The position numbers were made by a program, and so were the translations under genes. Below the pieces are notes generated by a model. The model searched no databases. It was not told the origin of the DNA and saw nothing but the letters and a program-made list of their open reading frames with translations. From Cyanobacteriota bacterium (lineage in GTDB: Bacteria; Cyanobacteriota; Cyanobacteriia; Cyanobacteriales; Nostocaceae), in contig JBJOKS010000006.1 in assembly GCA_046045965.1 (NCBI GenBank), positions 32,001 to 96,000 on the forward strand: a stretch of 64,000 bases of DNA, written 5' to 3'. Positions 32,646 to 42,547 of this stretch are shown here, piece after piece (position 1 is the first letter of the stretch; every line of letters begins with the position of its first letter).

Positions 32646-33743
32646 ATGATTGGCACTCGTATTAAACTAGCTCGAAAAAAAGCGGGTTACTCACTGCGTG
32701 GTTTAGCCGAAGCTATGGGTGGCAAAGTTTCCGCACAAGCTATAGGTAAATATGAACGCGGTGAAATGACTCCTAGTTCTGATGTTTTGATTGCTTTAAG
32801 CAAAGCATTGGGGGTGACATTGGCTTACTTAATGGATAGTCAAGGAATTGAATTAACTGCTGTTGATTTTCGTACCAAAGCAAGCACCACTGCAAAAGAT
32901 CGCGCCCGTGTGGAAACGGAAGTGATTGAATGGGTAGAAAGATACTTGCAAATTGAGCAGATTTTGGAACTGGAAGGTAATAATTGGAAACAACCTTTTG
33001 AGCAACTAAAAGTAATTCATTCTATTGAGGAATCAGAAGATTTAGCTAATAGTTTACGCAATCATTGGAAACTAGGTCTTGATCCGATTCCTAATATGAC
33101 GGAACTTTTAGAAGAGAAAGGCTTAAAAGTTCTGATTGTTGATTTACCAAATGCGGTTTCTGGTTTTACTTGTCTGGTAAAAAGACCAACAGGTTTATGT
33201 GATTTACCTGTAATTGTTGTTAATAAAAAATCTTCCTTGGAGCGTAGAAGACTAACTCTTGCTCATGAATTATGTCATCGGTTGATTGATCCTCAATATT
33301 TATCTGATAAAGATGAAGAAAAAGCAGCAACTAGATTTGCGGGAGCTTTTTTGATGCCTTGTTTTTATTTAGAAAAGGAAGTAGGTAAACATCGCCATTC
33401 TTTAGGGTATCAAGAATTGATTTACCTGAAAAGAATGTACCGGGTGAGTGGTGCAGCTTTACTTGTACGTTTACGGGACATTGGTATTATTGACTCTTCT
33501 GTTCTTACCTATATGTTTCAATCTGTGGCGAGAAATTGGCGTACTCAAGAACCAGAGGAATTAGAACCTGAAAATAAAAGAGGTGAGTATGAACAACCGA
33601 GACGTTTTGAGAGGTTGTGTTATCGTGCTTTAGCTGAAGATTTGATTTCATTATTTAAGGCTTCAGAACTGTTACGTACAAGGGTAGAAAATGTCGAAAT
33701 TGGTTTGAAGGGACCACAGTTATCAGATGCAAATTCTCGTTAG
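32646..33743 (+). CDS. XRE HTH fused to ImmA/IrrE metallopeptidase
   Basis: N-terminal HTH; RLTLAHELCH zinc motif; FAGAFLMP. Confidence 0.92.
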   Translation: MIGTRIKLARKKAGYSLRGLAEAMGGKVSAQAIGKYERGEMTPSSDVLIALSKALGVTLAYLMDSQGIELTAVDFRTKASTTAKDRARVETEVIEWVERYLQIEQILELEGNNWKQPFEQLKVIHSIEESEDLANSLRNHWKLGLDPIPNMTELLEEKGLKVLIVDLPNAVSGFTCLVKRPTGLCDLPVIVVNKKSSLERRRLTLAHELCHRLIDPQYLSDKDEEKAATRFAGAFLMPCFYLEKEVGKHRHSLGYQELIYLKRMYRVSGAALLVRLRDIGIIDSSVLTYMFQSVARNWRTQEPEELEPENKRGEYEQPRRFERLCYRALAEDLISLFKASELLRTRVENVEIGLKGPQLSDANSR

Positions 33744-33780
33744 TGATACATCCTGTTTAATTGATCTGCGTAAATTCTGA
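33727..33780 (+). pseudogene. Truncated PIN-domain gene (17 aa)
   Basis: MQILVSDTSCLIDLRKF* overlaps the ImmA stop and matches a PIN N-terminal motif. Confidence 0.7.
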
Positions 33781-33857
33781 TCCATAGTTGGTATCTGATA
33801 GAGAAAATATGTGTATACTAAATAATAGTTTTTATTCATCCCGATGGAGATAACAAA

Positions 33858-34058
33858 ATGAATATGCAGCCAGTAAGATCAAGAGCCATCAGTGCTGTTG
33901 GATATGATGAAACAACTAGGCGTATGAAAATTCAATTCACTAACAGAGGAACATACGACTTCTGTAATGTTCCAAAAGATATATATGAAGGTTTGTTATT
34001 AGCTGATTCTAAGGGAACGTATTACCATAACCATATAAGAGATAGATATCAGTGTTAG
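33858..34058 (+). CDS. KTSC domain protein
   Basis: SRAISAVGYD...YDFCNVP...SKGTYYHNHIR; GGAGA RBS. Confidence 0.9.
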   Translation: MNMQPVRSRAISAVGYDETTRRMKIQFTNRGTYDFCNVPKDIYEGLLLADSKGTYYHNHIRDRYQC

Positions 34059-34147
34059 TGATATCGCCATTTTTATGAGGACTGGGTAAATTGTCAAGCG
34101 ATCGCATTTTCCTAAAAAACCCACTTTATTACCTATAATAAATACAT

Positions 34148-34272
34148 AGGATGTAGCAGACATGGTTTAAACATGACATCCCGTTACCTTAAAGGTCGAG
34201 GAAATCCGGTAAAGACGTTCTGAATACCAAAATTTAATTTATTTTTTGGCGAGGACTCCTGAAGGAGTCTTT
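34148..34272 (+). ncRNA. Candidate structured RNA, possibly 5' remnant of a group II intron-like element
   Basis: Four consecutive hairpins downstream of TATAAT (34134-34139); identity unverified. Confidence 0.35.
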
Positions 34273-34387
34273 GTTATTGAAGGGGTTGATAATTTTTGAT
34301 TATGAAAATAGTTTTTGAAGTTTTTTACTATAACGCCATTCCAATATATTAAGATCAAATAGTGCTATATATTTAGAGACGATTATT

Positions 34388-34615
34388 ATGACGTTACATG
34401 AACTTCAAGATCAAGCACTAAAATTATCTGTTGAAGAACGTTTAAAATTAATCAATATCCTAACTCGCTCTCTCCTACCAAAAACACATTCAGCCACAAA
34501 ACCAAAAGGTTTAGCTGCAAGTTTAATTGGTATTGCCAAAACAGACACAGCACCACCTACAGATGAAGAGGTGAAAGCTTTACTAAATGAAAGGTTGGCG
34601 CAAAAATATTTATAA
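34388..34615 (+). CDS. Putative antitoxin
   Basis: 75 aa, TAATG overlap with the PIN gene. Confidence 0.75.
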   Translation: MTLHELQDQALKLSVEERLKLINILTRSLLPKTHSATKPKGLAASLIGIAKTDTAPPTDEEVKALLNERLAQKYL

Positions 34616-35028
34616 TGAAAGTTCTATTTGATACTAATGTTTTATTAGATGCTTTGTTAGCGCGTGAACCTTTTGTAACTGATGCTGCATTTTTACTAGA
34701 AGCAGTTGAATTAGGACAAATTGAAGGATTTATTTCAGCGACAACAGTAACAGATGTGCATTACTTGGTTGGACGACATACTAAAAGTTCTGAAATTGCA
34801 ATTACAGCAGTAACTCAATTGTTAGAATTAATGGAGGTTTGTGCAGTAGATCGCGGAGTGCTTGAGCAAGCTATAGAATTAAAATTAGCTGACTTTGAAG
34901 ATGCGGTACAAGTAGCATCTGCGATTAAATGGGGATTGGAAGCAATTGTTACTCGTGATGCGAGTGGATTTGAAGGTTCACCAATTTTAGTGATGTCACC
35001 TCAAGAACTAAAAAATCGGTTAATTTAA
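34615..35028 (+). CDS. PIN domain protein (toxin)
   Basis: MKVLFDTNVLLD, DFEDAVQ, IVTRD. Confidence 0.9.
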   Translation: MKVLFDTNVLLDALLAREPFVTDAAFLLEAVELGQIEGFISATTVTDVHYLVGRHTKSSEIAITAVTQLLELMEVCAVDRGVLEQAIELKLADFEDAVQVASAIKWGLEAIVTRDASGFEGSPILVMSPQELKNRLI

Positions 35029-35106
35029 CAATGGTTAGGTAGTGAGAAGTTTACGCAGTGAGTCATTGTAAACTTACAGAAGTTCATACTCTGCTTCTCA
35101 CCAAAA

Positions 35107-35891
35107 ATGAAGACAAACACCATATTTTACACCCTCCTACAAAACCTCCCCAGCGTCTTATTTGAACTGCTGGAAAAACCACCCCAACTAGCTACTATGA
35201 ATTTTCATCAGTGGAAATCAAAGAACTAGCACGTCGCATAGATGGTGTATTTCTACCCAAACCAGAATACCCAGAAGATCCCATTTATTTTGTCGAAGTT
35301 CAATTTCAAAATGATGATGATTTATACGGGCGATTAATTACTGAAGTATTTCTCTCTTTAAACCAGTATAAACCTGATAAAAAATAGCAAGCTGTAGTAT
35401 TGTGGGCTAAACGTAGTCTTGATCCAGGTATTCCCTTTGCTTATCAAACTTCACTGCAAGAGGGACAAATTCATGTAATTTATTTAGATGAATTAACAGA
35501 TACATCATCTTCTATTGGTTTAGGAATTATTAAATTAGTAGTTGCACCAGAAGAGGAAGCAGTACAAACAGCGAGAAGTTTAATAAGTTTGGTACAACAA
35601 GCAGATGCGGCCAAGAGTCGTTATCTTTTAGAATTAGTAGAAAGGATGCTAATTTACAAGTTTTCCACCTATACCCCTCATGAGTTAGAAGCAATGTTTG
35701 GATTAACAGAATGGCGACAAACCAGATTTTATCAAGAAGTTCAGGAAGAAACTCAGCTAAAAACTAAGTTAGAAGCAATTCCTCGTCTTTTGAAAATGGG
35801 GTTGAGTGTAGAACAAATTGCCGAAGCACTCGAATTAAACATTGAAGTAGTGCAACAAGCAATAAAACAGCAAAGTAAAAAAGAATCTTAA
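35107..35891 (+). pseudogene. Rpn family (DUF2887-like) nuclease/putative transposase pseudogene
   Basis: MKTNTIFY start, frameshift near 35195, RIDGVF/FVEVQFQ motifs, in-frame TAG at 35385. Confidence 0.85.
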
Positions 35892-36047
35892 ATAGCAATT
35901 TTCAGGATTTAGCAGTCAGATTTTTATTATGACACCAAAAATCAATCGTGGAGAATATACTGATTGATAAACAATTCTGACTCCTGACTTCTGAATTCTT
36001 ATATTCGAGTATCATAAAAAACTGAAAATACTCATACCTCATTAACA

Positions 36048-36806
36048 ATGTTATCTTTACTTGATTCCATAAATCCCTGGTTAGTAGGTGCAGGTTTAAA
36101 CGCGATTTTGTTGGGAATAGTCGCCATAATTCCCAAAAAATTGCTCACTCCTGCGGGAATATTCCATGCTTGGTTATTGGGTGTAATTATTTGGGGAACA
36201 CTAGGCTGGCCAGGATATTTAGTGGTAGTGTTTTATTTTATCGTCGGTTCTGGGGTGACGCGCATCGGGATGGCGCAAAAGGAAGCAGCAGGAATTGCGG
36301 AAAAACGCTCTGGTGCTAGGGGTCCTGAAAATGTTTGGGGTTCGGCGTTAATTGCGGCTTTGTGTGCTGTGGGAGTGTTGCTTGTACCTGATTTAAAGTT
36401 TTTACTCTGTTTGGGCTATGTAGCGAGTTTTAGCACCAAATTATCGGACACGACAGCGAGTGAAGTGGGTAAAGCTTATGGAAAGCGTACCTTTTTGATT
36501 ACGACGCTGCAACCTGTTGCTAGAGGTACAGAAGGGGCGGTAAGCTTAGAAGGGACTTTAGCGGGTGTAGTTGGATCAGTAGCGATCGCTCTTGTCGGTT
36601 GGGGTGTAAATTTCATAGATATCTTAGGAATTGTTTGGTGTGTAATTGCCGCATTTATCGCTACAAATTTAGAAAGTGTAATTGGTGCAACATTACAATC
36701 TAAATATACTTGGCTTACCAACGAACTTGTTAATATCTTAAATACCCTTATTGGGGCGGTTGCAGCAATTATTCTGGCTGTAACTTGGCAAATGATATTT
36801 GTTTAA
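36048..36806 (+). CDS. DUF92/TIGR00297 membrane protein
   Basis: DTTASEVG and GTEGAVSLEGT. Confidence 0.9.
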   Translation: MLSLLDSINPWLVGAGLNAILLGIVAIIPKKLLTPAGIFHAWLLGVIIWGTLGWPGYLVVVFYFIVGSGVTRIGMAQKEAAGIAEKRSGARGPENVWGSALIAALCAVGVLLVPDLKFLLCLGYVASFSTKLSDTTASEVGKAYGKRTFLITTLQPVARGTEGAVSLEGTLAGVVGSVAIALVGWGVNFIDILGIVWCVIAAFIATNLESVIGATLQSKYTWLTNELVNILNTLIGAVAAIILAVTWQMIFV

Positions 36807-37063
36807 AAAGCTACTAATAAACCAAATCTATTCAACAGCAAATCTGCTGTTTTTTTTGTATTTATTGCAACATAATATACGACTGTTCCCGTTGAAAACA
36901 ACACTCACTGTTAATGAGTTTTATGTAAATTTTATAATTATTTATTTTTCCCGTAACTTATTCATAGAATCTTTATCATTATGAACCGTATTTTTCTACG
37001 GTTTTATCTATTATTTAATGGAAAACTTGTATATATTTTTAGTGTTTTCCTCACATTTATTTC

Positions 37064-37822
37064 ATGGAATCTTCATCATTTTTCACAGTTAATGACGAAC
37101 AAATCGACCTTCATCAAGTAGTCAAGTATTTACAAGTGTCTGGTAAACTGAATCAGTTTATTAGTGATGTTCTGCGTCAATACATCTTAGAAAAAGAGCT
37201 AGAAAGCAGAAATGACATAGATATCAGTACAGCATTAATTGAACAAGCAATTATTGATTTTCGGTTAAAAAATCAACTCACAGATCCTGATCATTTCCAA
37301 GCTTGGTTAAAAAATAATGGTACTGACTATGCCACCTTTTATGAGTCAGTTACCTTTAGCTTCAAATTAGAAAAACTGAAAGCAGTAATTTCCGAACAAA
37401 ACCTACCAGAATACTTTATTGAAAGGAAGATTTATTTAGATAGAGTTGTACTTTCGCGAATAATGGTTGATAACCGAGAACTAGCGGAAGAATTACATAC
37501 TCAAATTGAAGAAGGAAGCAGTTTTGAACAACTAGCAAAAGAGTATTCATTGGCAGATGAAAAAACCTTTAATGGTATGATGGGTCCCATTAGTCGGGGT
37601 AGTTTACCGGATATTTTGCGTGCATCTGTGGATGCTGCTACTCCTGGACAATTGATTGGACCAATTGACCTAGAAGGACGTTTTAGTTTATTTAGATTAG
37701 AACAAATTCTACCTGCATCTTTAGAAAATACTCAACTAAAACAATCACTACAAAATGAGTTATTTGAGAAATGGCTAGGGGAGAAAATTCAAAACCTGAC
37801 AGTGAAATTACAAGTGAGCTAA
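37064..37822 (+). CDS. PpiC-type peptidyl-prolyl isomerase
   Basis: SFEQLAKEYS...GMMG rotamase motif. Confidence 0.88.
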   Translation: MESSSFFTVNDEQIDLHQVVKYLQVSGKLNQFISDVLRQYILEKELESRNDIDISTALIEQAIIDFRLKNQLTDPDHFQAWLKNNGTDYATFYESVTFSFKLEKLKAVISEQNLPEYFIERKIYLDRVVLSRIMVDNRELAEELHTQIEEGSSFEQLAKEYSLADEKTFNGMMGPISRGSLPDILRASVDAATPGQLIGPIDLEGRFSLFRLEQILPASLENTQLKQSLQNELFEKWLGEKIQNLTVKLQVS

Positions 37823-40434
37823 ATACTCTGAATTATCAATCTTTAAGAATAAATGTGCTAGATGCTTTACCTTGGGAAAAACCACCATTATCCTGGTTGA
37901 CTCCTGAACAACAAACGGAGTTAAAAAATCAATTAGAAATTCGTCAATATCAACTTGGCGAAAAAATTTGGTCACAGGAAACAGGAGGATATCAGTTTTT
38001 TATTGTTACTGGTAAAGTCCGTCTACGCCAAGAAGGTGAAAGCAAACCTGTAGCGACTTTACAGGATGGAGATTGGTTTGGCGATTTGCAACAGTTATTT
38101 ACTAATTGTAAGGCTGTAGCTGCTAGTAAGGAAGTGGTAATTGTGTGTTGGAATTCATCACTTTGGGCAAAGTTTTCTCATCCTCAAATTGATGAATTTT
38201 GGAATTTTAAAGATGACAAACAAGGTGACAGAGGAAAGATAAAAGAAGAAGAAACTTCTACTTCATCTACTTCATCTACTTCATCCTCTTCACTGTCACC
38301 TGTCACCTCTCACCTATTACCTTCATATCCTTTTGTAGCAAATGGAAATACTGCTGCTGCTTGTTTAACAATGGTGGCGCAACATTTAAACAATGCTGTG
38401 CAACTGGAATGGGTGCAACGTCAACTGCGGGGACAACACCCTAAAAATGTGACAGAAACAGCAGAAAAATTAGGGTTAGTTTTGCGGAAGTTGCAAGTAA
38501 GTTGGGGTGAATTACGACAGTTATCATTTCCAGCTTTATTAATGTGGAAATCTGAATCTATTAGCAGTTGGGTTGTAGCTTATGGGATGAAAGGTAATTG
38601 TTTAATTATTGCCAATCCTCTCAATTTTGAATGTGAATATTTAACCCAATCAGTAGTAGAATATTGCTGGGATGGTAAATTATGGCAAGCAGAATTAATT
38701 TCCAAACAAGAAAAATTTAATCTTTCTTGGTTTACTCCCGCAGTTTGGAAATATCGGGTATTATTAGGTGAAGTATTACTGGCTTCCTTCACTTTACAAT
38801 TGTTGGGTTTAACTTCACCATTAATTACCCAAGTTATCATTGATAAAGTGATGGTACAGGAGAGTTTAGCAACTCTCGATGTCATGGCGATCGCACTTTT
38901 GTTAGTCGCTATATTTGAATCTATTCTGGGTATTCTCCGACTCTTCATTTTTACCCACACAGCACGGCGTTTAGATTTGAGTTTATCAGCCCAACTTTTT
39001 CGCCATTTAATGCGTTTACCTTTGGCTTATTTTGAGTCGAGAAGAGTGGGAGATACGGTAGCTAGAGTCCAGGAATTAGAACAAATTCGCCAATTTCTCA
39101 CAGGTACAGCTTTAACAGTAATTCTCGATAGTATCTTTGCTGTGGTGTATTTGGGATTGATGTTTTATTACAACATTCCCTTGACCTTTGTAGCTTTAGC
39201 CGTATTACCATTATTCGCGACTTTAACAATTGTCGCTACACCAATTTTAAGAAATTGGTTAAATGAAACTTTTAACCGCAGTGCTGACAGTCAATCATTT
39301 TTAGTAGAGACTGTTACAGGTATTCATTCGGTTAAAGCTCATGCTGCTGAACCAGTAGCCAGAGAACGCTGGGAAGGCTTATTTGCTAGGTTTATCCGCA
39401 CTGGTTTTAAAGCTTCCACCACATCAAATATTAGCAGTAATATTGGTGATTTTCTCACTAATTTTTCGACATTGTTAATACTCTGGTTTGGTGCAAGACT
39501 AGTCATTGATCATCAACTCACAGTTGGTCAATTAATCGCTTTTCAAATGTTATCTGGGCGAGTGACAGGACCTTTATTGCGCCTAGTGCAGTTATGGCAA
39601 AGTCTCCAACAGGTACTATTATCAGTAGATCGTATTGGTGATATTCTTAACGCTGCACCAGAAGCAGAAGCTGGAACAGGTTTAGTATTACCACCCCTCA
39701 AAGGTGAAGTGAATTTTGATCAAGTTTTCTTCCGCTATAGTGCTAATACCGAACCTGTATTAAAAGGAATTTCCTTTGATATCAAACCAGGGCAATTTGT
39801 AGGAATTGTGGGACGTAGCGGTTCTGGTAAAAGTACACTTTCCAAACTTTTGCAACGCCTTTATCAAATTGAATCAGGACGCATTTTGATAGATGGTTTT
39901 GATCTCAAAAGTTGTGATTTAGCTTCTTTAAGGCAACAAATTGCTGTAGTTCTCCAAGAAGACTTTTTATTTAATGGTTCTATCTTGGAAAACATCAGTT
40001 TAGGAAATCCAGATATTACCGCTGAACAAGTTGTAGAAGCTGCGAGATTAGCAGTAGCACACGATTTTATTAGTCAACTAACTTATGGTTATGAAAGCAA
40101 TGTTGGGGAAAGAGGTACAGCTTTATCTGGTGGACAAAGACAAAGAATAGCTTTAGCAAGGTTGTTTCTTTCTTCTGCACCAATTTTGATTTTAGATGAA
40201 GCAACTAGCGCCTTAGATAGTGAAACTGAACAGCAAGTATTACAAAACTTACAAAAGGTTTCTGCTAACCGTACCGTGTTTTTAATTGCTCACCGTTTTG
40301 CACCTTTAAAACGCGCAGATTTAATATTAGTCATGGAAAAAGGTATCATTGCTGAACGGGGTACACACGCGGGTTTATTGCAACAAAAAGGTTTGTACTG
40401 GTCACTTTATCAAAGACAACAGGCGAATATTTAA
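37771..40434 (+). CDS. HlyB-family type I secretion ABC transporter with cNMP-binding and C39-like domains
   Basis: GRSGSGKST, LSGGQRQR, ILDEATS; N-terminal cNMP-like domain and AACL motif. Confidence 0.92.
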   Translation: MARGENSKPDSEITSELNTLNYQSLRINVLDALPWEKPPLSWLTPEQQTELKNQLEIRQYQLGEKIWSQETGGYQFFIVTGKVRLRQEGESKPVATLQDGDWFGDLQQLFTNCKAVAASKEVVIVCWNSSLWAKFSHPQIDEFWNFKDDKQGDRGKIKEEETSTSSTSSTSSSSLSPVTSHLLPSYPFVANGNTAAACLTMVAQHLNNAVQLEWVQRQLRGQHPKNVTETAEKLGLVLRKLQVSWGELRQLSFPALLMWKSESISSWVVAYGMKGNCLIIANPLNFECEYLTQSVVEYCWDGKLWQAELISKQEKFNLSWFTPAVWKYRVLLGEVLLASFTLQLLGLTSPLITQVIIDKVMVQESLATLDVMAIALLLVAIFESILGILRLFIFTHTARRLDLSLSAQLFRHLMRLPLAYFESRRVGDTVARVQELEQIRQFLTGTALTVILDSIFAVVYLGLMFYYNIPLTFVALAVLPLFATLTIVATPILRNWLNETFNRSADSQSFLVETVTGIHSVKAHAAEPVARERWEGLFARFIRTGFKASTTSNISSNIGDFLTNFSTLLILWFGARLVIDHQLTVGQLIAFQMLSGRVTGPLLRLVQLWQSLQQVLLSVDRIGDILNAAPEAEAGTGLVLPPLKGEVNFDQVFFRYSANTEPVLKGISFDIKPGQFVGIVGRSGSGKSTLSKLLQRLYQIESGRILIDGFDLKSCDLASLRQQIAVVLQEDFLFNGSILENISLGNPDITAEQVVEAARLAVAHDFISQLTYGYESNVGERGTALSGGQRQRIALARLFLSSAPILILDEATSALDSETEQQVLQNLQKVSANRTVFLIAHRFAPLKRADLILVMEKGIIAERGTHAGLLQQKGLYWSLYQRQQANI

Positions 40435-40451
40435 GTTGGAGATATTCGTCA

Positions 40452-40489
40452 TATCCCGATCCTTGGCTTCTTCAAGAAGTCGGGGATCT
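40452..40489. repeat. Palindromic dispersed repeat (..CTTCTTCAAGAAGTCGGGGAT)
   Basis: Imperfect hairpin after the ABC gene. Confidence 0.55.
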
Positions 40490-40645
40490 ATTTTCTATTT
40501 TCTATTTTCTGCATTGGGGAAAAAGTGACGTTGTATGAGAAAATAATAGAAACAACCTCACTCTTGGAATTTCATGTCTTCTTGGTAAAAATGTAAGCAT
40601 TCATCTGAGACATAAAGGTTGAATACTTACCAATATAAATAAATC

Positions 40646-40945
40646 TCAAAATGATGGATTATGTTGATCATCCCAACATTGATCATTTCGCCAAATTCTA
40701 CCTGTTGATTCACATTTTTCCTTGTCTTTAATACCAGGAATTGAGGTAGGGTGAATAGTGTTTAAGTTGGATGTAACAGAGGATATCATGAAAGAACCTG
40801 TATAAAAACCACAAAATATTAAAGTTCCAAAAAAAAAGGTAAAGCTGACACATTTAACAGCAAATAGAACAGAAAAGTTACCTTGTATACGAGATGGTGT
40901 AAAGCGCATATATTTCCTGAGTGTGGTGTTGATGGTAGATAACAC
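40646..40945 (-). CDS. Small membrane-anchored protein with C-terminal Cys pair
   Basis: C-terminus homologous to 46752-47312; start uncertain. Confidence 0.65.
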   Translation of the reverse strand: MLSTINTTLRKYMRFTPSRIQGNFSVLFAVKCVSFTFFFGTLIFCGFYTGSFMISSVTSNLNTIHPTSIPGIKDKEKCESTGRIWRNDQCWDDQHNPSF

Positions 40946-41121
40946 CTTGAGAATGTTTACGCGCTGATTAATTTGACTTGCAGAATTTATTTATCGCAGA
41001 AAACCTGAGTTATTTCTGTTGAATATTTATCATATTTGTGAGGGCAGGGAATAGGTAAATAATTCAAAATTCCAACTTAAAAAGTTTGACTCCTGACTCC
41101 TGACTCCTCAATTGTGAATTT

Positions 41122-41553
41122 CTATAAAGTGGAATTGAGGTTAAAAATTTCTAAAATTTGCCGACAAATTTCTTTGAGTTTTTCGCCAACAGCAGGGGAA
41201 GGTAAGGACTCACCCACAAAACTCCATTGGTCTACGGTGGAAAGTCGCCATGCTTGGCCACGATGATCAAATCCTGATACTTCAATGCCAATAGCTCGCC
41301 GAGATTTATTGATAGGATCTTGATAAAAACGGATTTGAATTAAAACACTGCGACTGCGCCAAGATCGGCTGATTCCGGGAAAGTGAAAACCGATGTCGAT
41401 GGAATCAGGATCTACGAGTTCCCTGGTTTCTGGGTCATTATGCCAAGGTTTAAGATCGGATTTGGCATCAGGAAACTCTAATTTGAACAAATTTACTACA
41501 GTAGCAATCTTGCTGGCTAGTTCAAGGTTTGTTGCCTGTTCAGCTGCATTCAC
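41122..41553 (-). CDS. Conserved cyanobacterial hypothetical protein
   Basis: 143-aa ORF with GGAG RBS and DPDSIDIGFHFPG motif. Confidence 0.8.
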   Translation of the reverse strand: MNAAEQATNLELASKIATVVNLFKLEFPDAKSDLKPWHNDPETRELVDPDSIDIGFHFPGISRSWRSRSVLIQIRFYQDPINKSRRAIGIEVSGFDHRGQAWRLSTVDQWSFVGESLPSPAVGEKLKEICRQILEIFNLNSTL

Positions 41554-41887
41554 GTGAAAACTCTCCTAATATTGCATCGCCCTGTGGGGGATGTGAAAAC
41601 AGAAAAACCGCCAGAAGGCTTATCTTATTAGTGTTTCAGCTTATCAAGAAGATTGGAAATTTAGCAACTGTGAATTATGATTTCCTCACATTTATTTGAG
41701 TAATTGTGCTTAAAAAATGCCCCGAAATACCAAAAACTCTGCCTTTTGGCTGGGTGTGCCAAAATTTCTTCCTGGTGGAAGTAGAAAATTTTCTGCAAAA
41801 ACTTTCACTGGCAGGAACGAGAAATTACACTAGCGATCTAAAATGACACTGTAAATCGGTAAACAAACAGCAAATTAATTTCCGTTT

Positions 41888-42343
41888 ATGGTGCGTCAAC
41901 GCTCTATTTTGTCACTGATTCTCGTACTACTGACTACATTCCTGATCAGCTGTGGCAGTCCTAGTGTCGCTACTGCACCTCCAACTTACACACCGGCTCA
42001 AGTGGTGAAAATTCAGGCATATATTCCTGATATTCAGGTGGTGCGCGATCGCTCACAAGAACTGAAAACGCTGATTCAACGCGGTGAATGGATCAATGTT
42101 GGTAATTTTATTCATGGACCAATGGCGGAAGCTAGGCTCAATATGACTTACGTCATCCCTAACCTACTACCCCAAGATCAATCTAAAGCCAGACAGATTA
42201 ACAAGGATTTATTGGCTCATCTGGTGAAAATTGACCAAGCTGCTAGTGCAGGTAACACCAGTCTGGCGTTAAGCAACTACAAAGAAGTTTTTGCAGATGT
42301 TGACAAGTTCCTACAACTGATTCCAGAACAAGGTGAAAGTTGA
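41888..42343 (+). CDS. psbQ: Photosystem II lipoprotein PsbQ (CyanoQ)
   Basis: Lipobox LISC, PPTYT, FIHGP. Confidence 0.92.
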   Translation: MVRQRSILSLILVLLTTFLISCGSPSVATAPPTYTPAQVVKIQAYIPDIQVVRDRSQELKTLIQRGEWINVGNFIHGPMAEARLNMTYVIPNLLPQDQSKARQINKDLLAHLVKIDQAASAGNTSLALSNYKEVFADVDKFLQLIPEQGES

Positions 42344-42446
42344 CAGGTGACAGGGAAGGGAACAGCGAGCAAGGGTGCAGGGAGCAGGGAGCAGGGAGCA
42401 GGGGAGAAGATTTGCCCCAGTACCCAGTACCCAGTCCCTAGTCCCC
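42343..42446. repeat. Mixed STRR arrays
   Basis: (GACAGGT), (CAGGGAG), (CCCAGTA) tandem units. Confidence 0.85.
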
Positions 42447-42547
42447 TCATTCTACTCTGAGTCATGAGTCACAAAACGTTAGGGTAATGGGGTGATAGGG
42501 TGAAGGGGAAACTCTTTACTCTTCACCCCTCACTGTTCACAAAAGTC

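Noticed and set aside
36799..36984. 61-aa ORF
   Set aside because: AT-rich intergenic sequence without RBS or recognisable motif
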